Source: Mobula hypostoma (Eukaryota). Taken from it: 64,000 nt of DNA. The position numbers were made by a program, and so were the translations under genes. Below, piece by piece: positions 38,641 through 50,993 of this stretch. Location of the stretch: contig NC_086097.1 in assembly GCF_963921235.1 (NCBI RefSeq), positions 70,124,001 to 70,188,000 on the forward strand, given 5' to 3'. Numbering within the stretch: position 1 is the first letter of the stretch; each line of letters begins with the position of its first letter. The notes under the pieces are model-generated. The model did no database searches. It was not told the DNA's origin and worked only from the letters and a program-made list of their open reading frames with translations.

Positions 38641-41600
38641 ATGGAGTCTATTATTAATTTTGTCTCCTGGAATACTAATGGTCTTAACCATCCTATTAAA
38701 AGGAAAAAAGTTTTTAAAGTGTTCTGGAGACTTAAAGCACAAATTCTATTTTTACAAGAGACCCATGTGCGGAGGGGGGACAGACTACGTTTTTTTAAAT
38801 TCTGGAAGGGACAACAGTTTCATTTGAACTCTAACGCTAAGATTCGAGGCGTCTCTATTTTTATAGACTTCTCAGTTACTTTTATACAACATGATATTAT
38901 CTCTGATCCGAAAGGTAGATTTCTACTGGTTAGTGGTCTACTATTTAATAAACAGGTAGTTTTGGTTAATGTTTATGCTCCCAATATGGACTGTCAGGAA
39001 TTTTATAAATCATTATTCAATCAGTTCCCGAATTTGAATGAGTTTTCATTGATCTTTGGCGGAGATCTTAATACCTGTTTATCTCCAGCTTTGGACCGTT
39101 CGGCTCCTCTACGGACCTTACCTAATAAATCTGCAACTTTGATTAATTCATTCCTCTCTGATTCTGGGTCGACGGACATTTGGCGCTTTTTGCATCCTCA
39201 GGAAAAAGATTTTTCTTTTTTTTCCACATGTTCACCATTCTTATTCAAGAATTGATTATTTCTTTATTGACTCTCGTCTTATTTCTTCAGTGATTAAATG
39301 TGATTATGACTCTATAACCATTTCCGATCATGCTCCACTTAAGCTTTCTATTAAAATTCAGGCCAATACACAAAATAATAGACAATGGCGTTTTAATTCG
39401 CTGTTGCTTCAGGACTCTGACTTTATTAACTTTATGAATGAACAGATTGATCCTTTTTTTAAGAATTAACTATACAGAGGATATTTCTGTGAACATTCTT
39501 TGGGATACTTTTAAAGCTTATATTCGTGGTCAGATTATCTCGTATTCTGCTGCTTTGAGGAAGAAGCTGAAGCAGGAGGAGTTGGTAATTGTGGACAAGA
39601 TTAAGGAAATTGATAAGAAATATGTTACAGCTCCCTCTGAGGAGTTATATAAACAAAGAACTGAACTTCAAATGGAACACAGTTTATTACTTCCGTCCTC
39701 GATTGTAAACCAATTAAGAAAACAAGAAGTGAATTTTATGTACACAGTGACAAAATTGGCAAACTGTTGGCTAACCAATTGAAGTCTAATTATGCTAAAT
39801 CTCAAATTAATCAGATTTATAATCAAAATGATCGACTGATACTTGATCATGCGGGGATTAATCAAACCTTTTTTGATTTTTATTCTTCCTTATATCAATC
39901 AGAGTCTCCTTGAGACTCTAAATATATGAATGATTTTTTAGATAACCTAGACTTCCCTGAGATTTCACAGGATATGTCTTCTATGCTAGATACTCCCATT
40001 ACCATTGATGAGATTAAGAATGTTATTTCCTCTATGAACCTGGGGAAAGATCCTGGCCCTGATGGGTTTACCACAGAATTTTATAAATGTTTTGCACCTT
40101 CATTAATCCCTTGGTTCTGTAGGGTTTTCGAGGCTTCATTATAACTTGGTAAACCTCCCGAATCTTTCAATAGAGCGTCAATCTCTCTAATATTAAAGAA
40201 GGATAAAGATCCTGCTCAATGTGCATCTTATAGACCAACATCTTTATTAAATGTTGATTCTAAAATTTTTCTAAGTTATTAGCAAACAGATTAGAAAAAG
40301 TACTTCCTTTTATTATTTCGGAAGATCAAAGGGGTTTTATTTAAGGTCGTTACTCTTTTTATAACATTCGCACACTGTTAAATATTGTTTATACCCCCTC
40401 ACAAAATGTTCCTGTGTGTGTTATCTCTTTAGATGCTGAGAAAGCTTTTGATAGAGTAGAATGGCCTTACTTATTTAAGGTGCTTGAAATGTTTAATTTT
40501 AGCTCGAAATTTATATCCTGGATCAAACTGTTATATCATTCTCCTGTGGCCTCGGTCCATACTAACTCTTTAAGCTCACCATTTTTCCCTCTCTTTCAAG
40601 GTACTCGACAAGGTTGTCCTCTTAGTCCTTTATTATTTGATATTGCATTAGAACCTCTTGCAATTGCCATTCGAATCTCCAAATATTACTGGGATAACTC
40701 GGGGCTTAAAGTCCCATAAAATATCACTCTATGCTGATGACTTACTTTTATATATTTCTAATCCTCAAAAATCCATCCCTGCTGTTTTAGAGTTATTAGC
40801 ACAATTTAGTCTTTTTTCAGGTTATAAATTAAATCTTAGTAAGAGTGAACTCTTCTCGATTAATAAACAACTTCCCTTATATCATAACTTTCCATTTAAA
40901 TTGATTAATAATTATTTTTCATATCTTGGGATTAAAATTACTTGTAAACACAAAGATTTATTTAAGATTAACTTTTTACCCTTAATTGACCATATTATTC
41001 AACTTTCATCTAAATGGTTTCCATTATATTTAACTTTGATTGGTTGTATTAATGCAGTTAAGATGTTTTTTCTGCCAAAATTTTTATATATATTTCAGGC
41101 ATTACCGATTTTTGTTCCAAAATCTTTTTTTGATAAAGTTGACTCAAAAATTTCTTCATTTATTTGGCAAAATAAAAACCCGAGACTGGGTAAAATACAT
41201 TTACAGAAAGCTAAGAGAGATGGAGGTTTAGCATTACCTAACTTTAGATTCTATTATTGGGCAATTAATATTCGACATATGAAATTTTGGTTACTTGACC
41301 AGGATATACTATCCATTCCTAAATGGGTAGCATTGGAATTATAATCTGTTCAGGGCTATACACTTGGCTCTATTTTAGGTTCCTCTCTTCCTTTTGATTT
41401 GAAACGCCTCAAACAGGTCTCTAACCCGATAGTTAAATATACCTTACGTATTTGGTTTCAATTCAGAAAATTTTTTGATCTTAACCAATTTGGGCTAGCG
41501 ATTCCTATTTTAGGTAACATATTTTTTCCTCCCTCTTTTACGGATCGTGCTTTTCAAATTTGGAAGACTAAGGGTATTTCACGGTTTTTGGATTTATTTT

Positions 41601-42273
41601 TAGATGGTTCCCTTATGCCTTTTGAACAATTATCTAATAAATATGATTTATCAAGAATACATATTTTTAGATACTACAAATTAGAAATTTCCTAAGTACT
41701 ATACTTTCTTCCTTTCCAATGCTTCCTCCTACATACATTTTAGATACTATAATTAATCCTAATCCATGTCAGAAAGGTGCATCGGCTATGATTTATAATA
41801 TTAGTATGAAATTTAGGAAAGCTCCATTTGATAAGATTAGGGTAGATTGGGAACAGGAATTGGGTTCTATCATTTCCGTGGATGACTGGGGGCAGATTTT
41901 ACAATTAGTTAATACTTCCTCTATCTGTGCTAAACATTCCCTAATTCAATTTAAAGTTGTTCATAGAGCACATATGTCCAAAGATAAATTAGCTCGTTTT
42001 TATTCTCATATTAATCCTTTTTGTGATAGATGTCCGGGGCAGATAGCCTCTTTAACTCATATGTTTTGGTCTTGTCCTACTCTGGAAACTTTTTGGAGAG
42101 ACATTTTTAATATTATCTCCAAGGTATTGAATATAGATATCTCTCCTCACCCTATTACTGCTATCTTTGGACTAGCTAAAATTTCCAGTAATCTTTCTCC
42201 TTCAGCCCGTAGAATGATTCCTCACTTAAATTTGAACAGACCTGGAGATCTTTTATTCAATATTTTCATTTAA
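38641..42273 (+). pseudogene. L1 ORF2 (APE endonuclease, RT, C-terminal Cys-rich region), disrupted
   Basis: SWNTNGLN, LQETH, NVYAP, GGDLN, ISDH, PGPDGF, SLDAEKAFD, GTRQGCPLSP, LYADD, CDRC...HMFWSC, split over several frames by indels and stops. Confidence 0.93.
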
Positions 42274-43824
42274 TGTAATTTTTTTTCTTCTTTTTTTGCT
42301 CCATATTTATATACCCTTCTTGTTTTTTTTTACTGTTTTTAATGGAGGTAGGGTTTGAGGACGTGATTTTAAGTTCTTTAACTCTACTTGGTTCCAAGTT
42401 AGCCCATTGCTTTGCTTTGCTTTTAGTTTAGTTGCACGGATGGTTTTTTTTGGGGTTTTTTTTTTTCCTTTTCTCTATTGATATACATATATAAAAATTA
42501 GTATACTATTATGTTACCTTAGTATGTTATGTTTAAATTACATTGTTTGTATTATTTTTCTGTATTAATATCTCCTGTAATTTTATTATATTCTAACAGT
42601 GTATTAGTGCCTATATGGCTTACCTTTTTGTATACTTATTCAATAAAAAGAAAAGAAAGAATTTTCCTTTAGAAGAATATTTCCTGAGGGCTTTTGTGAT
42701 CTCATTTAAAATGTTTAAGTAACATTTGGATATTTGAAACCATTTGTTCAGGCACACATCATCAATGCCTCAGCTCTCAAAGCATTCTTAGGAGACTAAT
42801 TATTTGTAAAATTACATGACAAAATGAATTAATTAATGCCCGGGAAGAAATCTATAGGAATTTTTGAAACATCCTGCAAAAGCAAACAATTTCCCTTCAT
42901 AAACTAAGAGAACTACACGTATAATCTTATAGAGAACTAACTCTGAATCATAATGAACACAACCAACAGGAGAAAAGATGCTAAAATTGTAGTGCTTCTT
43001 CTTTGGTAGTTGTTAGGATTGAGGATGTCTTACTTTCACTCTGATGGTGTGGGTTGTGAGGTGGTTAACTCACTCACATCAAGGTCAAGGGCACTCAAAT
43101 CAAGGCCAGAGTAACATTTAAGGAGGTCTTTGAAGTGTTCCCTCTGGTGAATATTGACTGCTTCTTATCTCCACTGAAGGTTATCGGGAGAAAGCTGGGG
43201 AGGGGGGCTGAGGAGGGGCAAAAAAGATCAGCAATGATTGAATGGCAGAGCAGACTCAATGGGCCAAATGGTCGAAATCTGCTCTTATGTCTTATGGTCT
43301 AATTCAACCCCCACCCCATTCTTGGCTCTTAGTAAGATCAGACTTTGAGAATATGGACTATAGAAGGCTTTTATAGTGCTAAAGTACCTATGTGTGAGAT
43401 GGCTGTTGACAGGTACTGAGTTCTAGTGTCGTTTCCATCCACTGTCTTCCTTTTCAGATCCCAGGTTTTTTTGTTGGATCTCTGCCTTCAAATGCCTGCA
43501 AACCTGGCTCTTTTCCCTTGCGGATAAGCTTCCATTCCAGGAATGACTCATGTTTGTTGTTGATCATTCTTACCAAGCCAATCTTGACTCTTGTTGTTTG
43601 TGAATCCAAAAGTCCATCTACAGGTGCTAGTTGCGACAGACATTCTGAGGTTTCTGTTGGCTGGGAGTTGACAAGTATGTGACACTGTCTGAGAACTACC
43701 TTTGTGGGGTTCTTGACAGCTTTGATCTTCTTGCTGTTGTGTTTCCATTGACAATAATGTTTTGGGGCAAGGTTGAGGGAAGTATCAGAATGGATAAGAT
43801 GGTGTGATGCAGAGAAGAATATTT

Positions 43825-44545
43825 TCAAGTTCTAGTATCATTCAACCATGCATGAATATAGCCAAATGATACAGTGTTCCTCCTGGGCAAAGTTGCAAAA
43901 CACATTACCAACAGCACACTGCACATAGCACATATGGTTAGGATTTCAGAAAAACAAAATCAGAAAGAGAAAAAACAGCCCAAGTTCCTGAGTTGTCCTG
44001 GTACAGCTTGTTCTTCCATCAAGCAAATACTGGAGGGCAGCATTGAGTGAATACCGGACAGCAATACTGCCGGGAGAGGCCAGCTCCCAACCCAGTACAA
44101 AACTCAGTGACACACAGCCAGCTCTGTCGTCTCCTTCACCGGCCACTGCAACAGGTGACTTCAAGGCATGACAGTCTTGTCCACACAGCATCCAAGGCAA
44201 CACAGTTCCTCTGCCGTCGATCTTGCCAATGTACCAGTGAACTGGAATTGCAGTATTGTATGTTACCAAAGTCCAGTAGAGCCTTGCGATCACAGTAAAG
44301 ACAATCACTTGCATCTTCTTTTGGACCGTCCACAGTCTCAGTATAATGTTACACAACAAACCCCGGTGGCAACACAACAATGGTACGTAACAAGTCCAGC
44401 TCCATTGCTCTCAAGCAACTCACTTACGGGATAGTCCGGCAATACTTGATGTTCTTAGTTTACAGCCGTGACGTTGACCATAAAAGAGACCTATAGGACG
44501 AATACACCTTTGATTGGATACAGAGTGGCCACTGTGTCCGAGCAT
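43825..44545 (-). mobile_element. Probable non-autonomous retroelement with a Rex1-like 3' tail
   Basis: Minus-strand end gtgttttgcaac...ggaggaacactgtatcatttggctatatt...gaacttgaa resembles the Rex1 tail at 23205-23250 and 24860-24900; the body has no RT similarity that I can see. Confidence 0.45.
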
Positions 44546-44844
44546 GTTGCTACCTTACTGGAAGTTACATACTTACAATTCCTACTTAACCTTGTCCAAA
44601 GCTTCAAAGGTTGCACATATGCACAGATGACCTAAGCTTGTTGGGTCTGTAAAGTGAGCCAGTGGTTCACTAGTTCTGAAGAGCAAGTCGATGAAATGCT
44701 GGACCAGATTATTCTTGATGAAAAGCTCACTTGATGAAGGCAGCATTTCCTTTTAAGTTTACTCCTCAGAAGGTGTACCTTCAGTCTTGTTCTATAAACT
44801 GCCTGTCGATCTCATTCAGTGCAGTATAGCAGGTATCAAACTAT

Positions 44845-45465
44845 TTACTTACTTACTTTACTTTATACTTTATTGTCACCTAACAATTGATACTAGAACG
44901 CACAATCATCACAGCGATATTTGATTCTGCACTTCCCACTCCCTGGATTACAAATAATAAATATTAAAAATAGTAAAACTTTGTAAATATTAAAAATTTA
45001 AATTGTAAATCATAAATAGAAAATAGAAAAATGGAAAGTAAGGTAGTGTAAAAAAACCGAGAGGCAGGTCTGGATATTTGGAGGGTACGGCCCAGATCCG
45101 GGTCAGGATCCGTTCAGCAGTCTTATCACAGTTGGAAAGAAGCTGTTCCCAAACCTGGCTGTATGAGTCTTCAAGCTCCTGAGCCTTCTCCCGGAAGGAA
45201 GAGGGATGAAAAGTGTGTTGGCTGGGTGGGTCGTGTCCTTGATTATCCCGGTAGCACTGCTCCGACAGTGTGCGGTGTAAAGTGAGTCCACGGACGGAAG
45301 ATTGGTTTGTGTGATGTGCTGTGCCGTGTTCACGATCTTCTGCAGCTTCTTTCGGTCTTGGACAGGACAACTTCCATACCAGGTTGTGATGCACCCTAGA
45401 AGAATGCTTTCTACGGTGTATCTATAAAAATTAGTGAGGGTTTTAGGGGACAGGCCAATTTTCTT
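44845..45465 (-). mobile_element. Young Rex1/Babar 3' fragment, same subfamily as 35285-36170, inverted
   Basis: GLSPKTLTNFYRYTVESIL...RLLNGS*; tail aataaagtataaagtaaagtaagt. Confidence 0.9.
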
Positions 45466-47134
45466 TATTTGAGTTCCTGAAAACTGATAATATGGCACTC
45501 AGGTTGTACACAAAAGTAGTGACATTCCAGGTCCTGAACTTCATATCATAGAATTGAAGTTGCAGGTTTGTGATTTCTTTCAACATTGGAAAACTGTTGC
45601 ACACCACTTATCACACAAGTTTCACACAGCAAGGGTGAGATCTAATGGCATGGGAGTCCAAGATAACCAGAGATCAGGTTCTGCTACATTTGTGTTAATG
45701 CTCACACATTAGAGGACACAGAAGTAGGTAATCATCAGCACAAGTACATGATTATTAAGTATACTGGAAAAGAACAAATAAGGAACAAACTAGGGCATTT
45801 GAGAAACATCAGACTCATCAAACTGTCTTATTGTAAAGCTTCATGATATCTTTGCAAACCAACTTATTCTTCTCTTTGACCTATCTAACCTGCTCAATTC
45901 AATGGCTTACATTCATAATTTATTCTACATGTTTGTGATAATTTTCACAAATGTTTCATTAGAATTATTTTCCTCAGAACCTGCAAACTACATTCTTTTG
46001 AAACAATAAGTGTCATTTCCTTATTGTTCTCATAGCTTCAAAGTGCTTATGTCTGGAATAATCTCCATTCCTTATTCTTAAAGGGTAAAACTTATTTTAT
46101 AACTGGACAGACAATGTGGTTTGTATTGCTTCAGATGGAGTCCAGTAATTTTATTTGTATATCCACGATACAACTAGCACTACCTGATATTCACTAATAA
46201 AATACATTGGCATCTCACAAGAATACCAAATTATTACAGAATAATACAATCCAAACATTAAAAAATAGGAGTACAGTTTCAATCTATTGCTGACAAAATC
46301 CTCATAAAGAGAACCAAAACCATAAAGATGCTAGAAATCTTATATTAAAAAAAACACTAAATGCTGGAAACACAGGCAGCATCTGTACAGAGAGAAACAT
46401 GGTACTGTTTTCAATCCAAGTCCTGCAGAGTACTTCCAGTTTCTCTGCTTTTATTCTCCAAGGGTAGACTTGTATTATATATGGTGTAAAGTGCTAGTTG
46501 GCTGGCTGGTAATTGATAGTCATCCTCTGAGAATAAACAGAATATTTGGGAAGACTTACTTGCTGGAAATAGGCTAACACAATAATATTTTCAAATAGAG
46601 GCATTTGTGAATTAATGCTGTGAGAATTCAGAAATAATTGTAAATGTATGGTAGTTCTGCTGGCATAAAATCTCACACTTCAGAAAATGGAACATACAGT
46701 ACTTAGTACTCATACAGTTCCCAAGCAATGCACAGCTTTAACAAAGTCTAGGGCATGCAGTCAAACACTTCTCAGAGGTCTGACAAAGGACAATTGTAAA
46801 AGTCCCGAAGGACTTGGACAATATCTGATAATATTAGGCCAAAACGTACTCACCTCTGGCTGGCTTTTCCATAGAGAATTGCTGTTGATTTCCTCCTTGC
46901 TGGTCAGTTCATTTCCATTTTAAGATTGTGCATTGTAATGTGCAAGTCACAGTTAAGCTGGAGATAAGATGCTTCCACTCTACAAGCTGAACTTAGCACT
47001 GAGTCCAGAGGTAGAGCATGAATAAACCGAGCTGACAGTTTGGATGCATCATACACCCAGCAATTTTACACCAGGGTTTGCTGGTATTAAATTAAAGCAA
47101 CATTCATTTGATTGAAAAGATAAATGTATATAAG

Positions 47135-47360
47135 AACTTTAGCAAGGCCTTTGACAAGTTCCCACATGGGAGGTTGGTCAAGAAGGGTCAGTCACTTGGC
47201 ATTCAGGATGAGATAGTAAATTAGATTGGGTATTGGCTTTGTGTGAGAAAAGAGAGTGGTAGCAGATGGTACCTCTCTGATTGGAGGTCTGTGACTAGTA
47301 GGGATGCATGCTGGGTCTGTTATTGCTTGTCATCTATATCAACGATCTTGATAATTGCAG
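47135..47360 (+). mobile_element. CR1 RT fragment
   Basis: FSKAFDKFPHGRLVKK; WRSVTS; LLLVIYINDLD. Confidence 0.7.
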
Positions 47361-47522
47361 ATGCAACAAAACTCCAACACAGCAAAGCTGGATGTGAGTA
47401 GGGATGCTTGAGTAGATTTAAAATTAAATCACATCTGGATTCTTTCATTTGTGCCCTAACGTTACTTCGAGTCTACCATTACACTGTTTTGCACTTGGAT
47501 TAACTAAAATAAGTATACTTAC

Positions 47523-47598
47523 TTGCTGCTTTAGCACAAAATTCTTAACTCCCTCCATCACAAACTGTGATCCGGTATTCATTACACGTGAAAGCAAG
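47523..47598 (-). CDS. SCFD1: SCFD1 coding exon (76 nt): LLSRVMNTGSQFVMEGVKNFVLKQQ
   Basis: ctactttcAG|c ttg ctt...cag caa|GTaagt. Near-identical to recalled SCFD1 LLSRVMNTGSQFVMEGVKNLVLKQQ. Confidence 0.96.
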
Positions 47599-47960
47599 CT
47601 GAAAGTAGGAAATATGCATTACAGTTCCTTTGTCTTCAATTTGCCTAGCAAAACCATTATAGATTATTTGCTACTTGTATTTATTCTCTAGACAAATGAA
47701 TACATTGAGATCTTCCATGTTTGCAAGTGTTTTTGATACAATTTTTGTCAGTTTAGAAAATTCTGAAACAACCCAGTAGTTTTGCTTACAAGTCATCAAT
47801 GTGATACAAAGGATCTGTGTGAACACAGGAAACTGCTTTCAATTATACAGCTAAAGGCTACTCTTTATAACAATTATACAAATGTTCCATTCACGTTATT
47901 TTTGTGTTTTAAGTTTAGAAAGGCAGCCACAACACACTGAATTAAGATATTTTGAAGTAA

Positions 47961-48446
47961 GCAACACACATCAAAGTTGCTGGTAAACGCAGCAGGCCAG
48001 GCAGCATCTATTGGAAGACGTTTGAGGCCGAGACCCTTCGTCAGGACTAACTGAAGGAAGAGTGAGTAAGGGATATGAAAATGGGAGGGGGAGGGGGAGA
48101 TCCAAAATGATAGGAGAAGACAGGAGGGGGAGGGATGGAGCCAAGAGCTGGACAGGTGATTGGCAAAGGGGATATGAGAGGATCATGGGACAGGAGATCC
48201 GGGGAGAAAGACGGGGGGGGGTGAAACAGAGGATGGGCAAGGGGTATAGTCAGAGGGACAGAGGGAGAAAAAGGAGAGTGAGAGAAAGAATGTACGTATA
48301 AAAATAAATAACGGATGGGGTACTAGGGGGAGGTGGGGCACTAGCGGAAGTAAGAGAAGTCGATGTTCATGCCATCAATAGATGCTGGAAACTCTTCCAA
48401 TAGATGCTGCCTGGCCTGCTGCATTTACCAGCAACTTTGATGTGTG
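47961..48446 (-). mobile_element. Short Penelope-like insertion with inverted ends and a 13-bp TSD; degenerate hammerhead at 48017-48048
   Basis: tattttgaagtaa at 47948-47960 and 48447-48459; ~47965-48018 is inverted at 48393-48446; the body is the reverse complement of ~63-484. Confidence 0.9.
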
Positions 48447-50667
48447 TATTTTGAAGTAATGTAAGTTTACAACACAAAATAATAAAATATGCTTTCATTA
48501 ATATCATTTAACTGGCCAAAGTTATTTTTTGTGCAATGTTGAATTCTCTAGTATAATAAGTCCAAACACTGAAACTATCTTTTTACTGGTACATCTAATT
48601 GCCCAAATTTTAAGTAGCTACAGAGCATAATAGACCAGTAAGTGTAAGATGCAAGTTTTTTTCCCTAGCATACATAGTTTCAATAGATTAAACACGTACA
48701 ATACACACTGTTCTTGTTTACTTGCTGTTGCAAAATTGGATGCATCATCCATCTCACCATATTCTATGGCAACTGTTTATTCATTTCCTTAGATGCTGCC
48801 TGACCTACTAAGTTCCTCCAGCATTTTGTGTGTGTTGCTTTGATTATCACAGATACATTAGCCATCATGTCAATGGCTATAAGGAACAAAGCTGGAAGCA
48901 AGAGCTATAAATAAAACTTGAAAAAGAACGAAAAGCAATGAAAACTCAAAATGAGCGATGTATAATAATAATTTTTAAAAAATTAACTGGTCATTCATAT
49001 GACGTCATTTTATGGGAATTTATCCACATGTGGCTGCACCAATTTTAAATAATAGTGAATAAACATATAATAAAATACCGTGCAACCAAACTGTAATTTT
49101 CTTTGCATTTCTGATGAGATGTACTGATCTCTGCACTATCCTTTGTCAGTGCCTGATCGTGGCAGAAAAGAAGGCCATGGACTGATATGTCAAAACGGGA
49201 ATGGGGAAAGAATTTAAATGGTTGGCCAGCATGAAATTTAACTTTTGGGAGGTGAACCAGAAGTACTTGACAAAACAGTCCCATAATTTACATCAGGTCT
49301 CCAGGGGGCCGCATCGGGAGCACCGGACACAATAGACGATCCCACCAGATTCACAGGTGAAATGTTGCCTCACCTGTAAGGACTGTTTGGGGCCCTGAAT
49401 GAAGATGAGGAAGGAGGTGAATTTGTAGCATTTTACAGCATAGTGAAGATATAGCATTGCTGTCACGTGCAGGGATATGTGCCAGGAGGGAGATTAGTGG
49501 GGAGAGATGTATCGACAAGGAAATCACGAGGAAGCAATCCCTGCAGAAAGCAGAGGGTTGGGGGGAGGAGGTAAAGATATGTTTGGTGGTAGGATCTCAT
49601 CCAAGATGACAGAAGTTGCGGAGCATGATGTATTGGACATGAAGGCTTATGGGGTGGTAGCTGAGGACAAGAGGAATTCTATCCCTGGGAAGACAGGACG
49701 AGCGCAGATTTCAGGAAATAGAGGAGATGCAGGTGAGAGCAGCATCAATGGTGGAAGAAGGTGGACCTGGAACGGAAAGCCTCATCCTGGGAACAGACAC
49801 AGCAGAGATGAAATACAGAGAAGGAAAGATCATTTTTACCAGGGACAGAGCAGGAAGAGGTATAGGCAAGATAGCTATGAGAATTAGTAGGATTATAAAA
49901 GACGTCAGTAACAGTTTGTCTCCAGAAATGGAGACAGAGTGATTGAGAAAGGGGAGACAGAAGTGTCAGAAATGTTCCAAGTGAATTATAGGGTAGGGTG
50001 AAAGTAGGAGGCAAAGCTGATGAAATTGACGAGCTCAGCATGGGTGCATGAAGCAGCACCAATGTAGTCATTAATATAATGGAGAAAGTATTGGGGAGCA
50101 TTACCAGGGAAGGCTTAGACATGGACTGTTTCATGTAGCCAATAAAAAGGCAGATATAGCTGGAGCCTGTGTAGATGCCCATGGCTACCCTTTGAGTCTG
50201 GAGAAAGTAGGAATAGCCAAAGGAAGACTTGTCGAGGGTAATAACAAGTTCTGCCAGTCAGAGGACAGTGGTGGTGGTGGGGAACTGGTTGAGTCTTTTG
50301 TCAAGAAAGAGATGGAGAGATTTGAGGTCTTCTTGACAGGGTATATAGGTGAATAAGGATTGCATGTCCTTATGGTAGAAATGAGATTGTCCGGGCCAGG
50401 GAATTGAAAGTTGTGGAGGCCAAGAGCATGTGAAGTGTCGCAGATGCAGGATGGAGTCGAGGAATGCAGACACAAGTTCAGTGGGGCAAGAGGAGCAGGC
50501 AGAGACAATTGGCGTACATGGCCAGTCAGGCTTGTGGATCCTGGGTGGGAGGTGGAAAGAAGTAGTACAGGTTCAGGGAACTACGAGTCCAATGACAGTT
50601 GATGGGAGATCTTCAGAGTTGATGAGGTTAGTGACGGTGTCAGAGACAATGCTCTGACAATCCTTAG

Positions 50668-50993
50668 CAATGACCGGTGTACGCAAAAATATTGTGCTGT
50701 GTAAATCTTTGCCCAGTAACAACACAAGTGTGCACTGAGTAATTTCTTCAACAAAAACAGTATAAATAAGCCAGTTCTAAAATCTGCAGACAAATTATCG
50801 CAAACTCCACGTTGTCAACACTGTCCACATCAGAAACCGGAAAAGAAAATGCGATTGTGTATAATCGTGAAATTTAGTATGCTCACGAGGTGAGGGTGAC
50901 AACCTTCTTGCGTGCAGTTTAAGCTCCTTCGTGCACTAGTAGCAGATGTGTGTGTGTGTGCACGCACACATGCGTACCTTAGAGGAAACATTG
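50668..50993. mobile_element. hAT-type MITE nested in the Penelope element
   Basis: caatg ... cttagaggaaacattg ends; 8-bp TSD atccttag (50660-50667) / gtccttag (50994-51001). Confidence 0.65.

Larger units (their letters stand above)
36913..42658 (+). mobile_element. Full-length LINE-1 (L1 clade), antisense to SCFD1
   Basis: 14-bp TSD gaattttcctttag at 36899-36912 and 42659-42672; 5' gggggacttccggt; ORF1, spacer and ORF2; AATAAA at 42642-42647 plus an A-rich tail. Confidence 0.95.

Noticed and set aside
43000..43825. 124-aa minus-strand ORF (43454-43828) and flanks, possibly an old LINE 3' region
   Set aside because: No diagnostic motif that I can identify with confidence; left unannotated.
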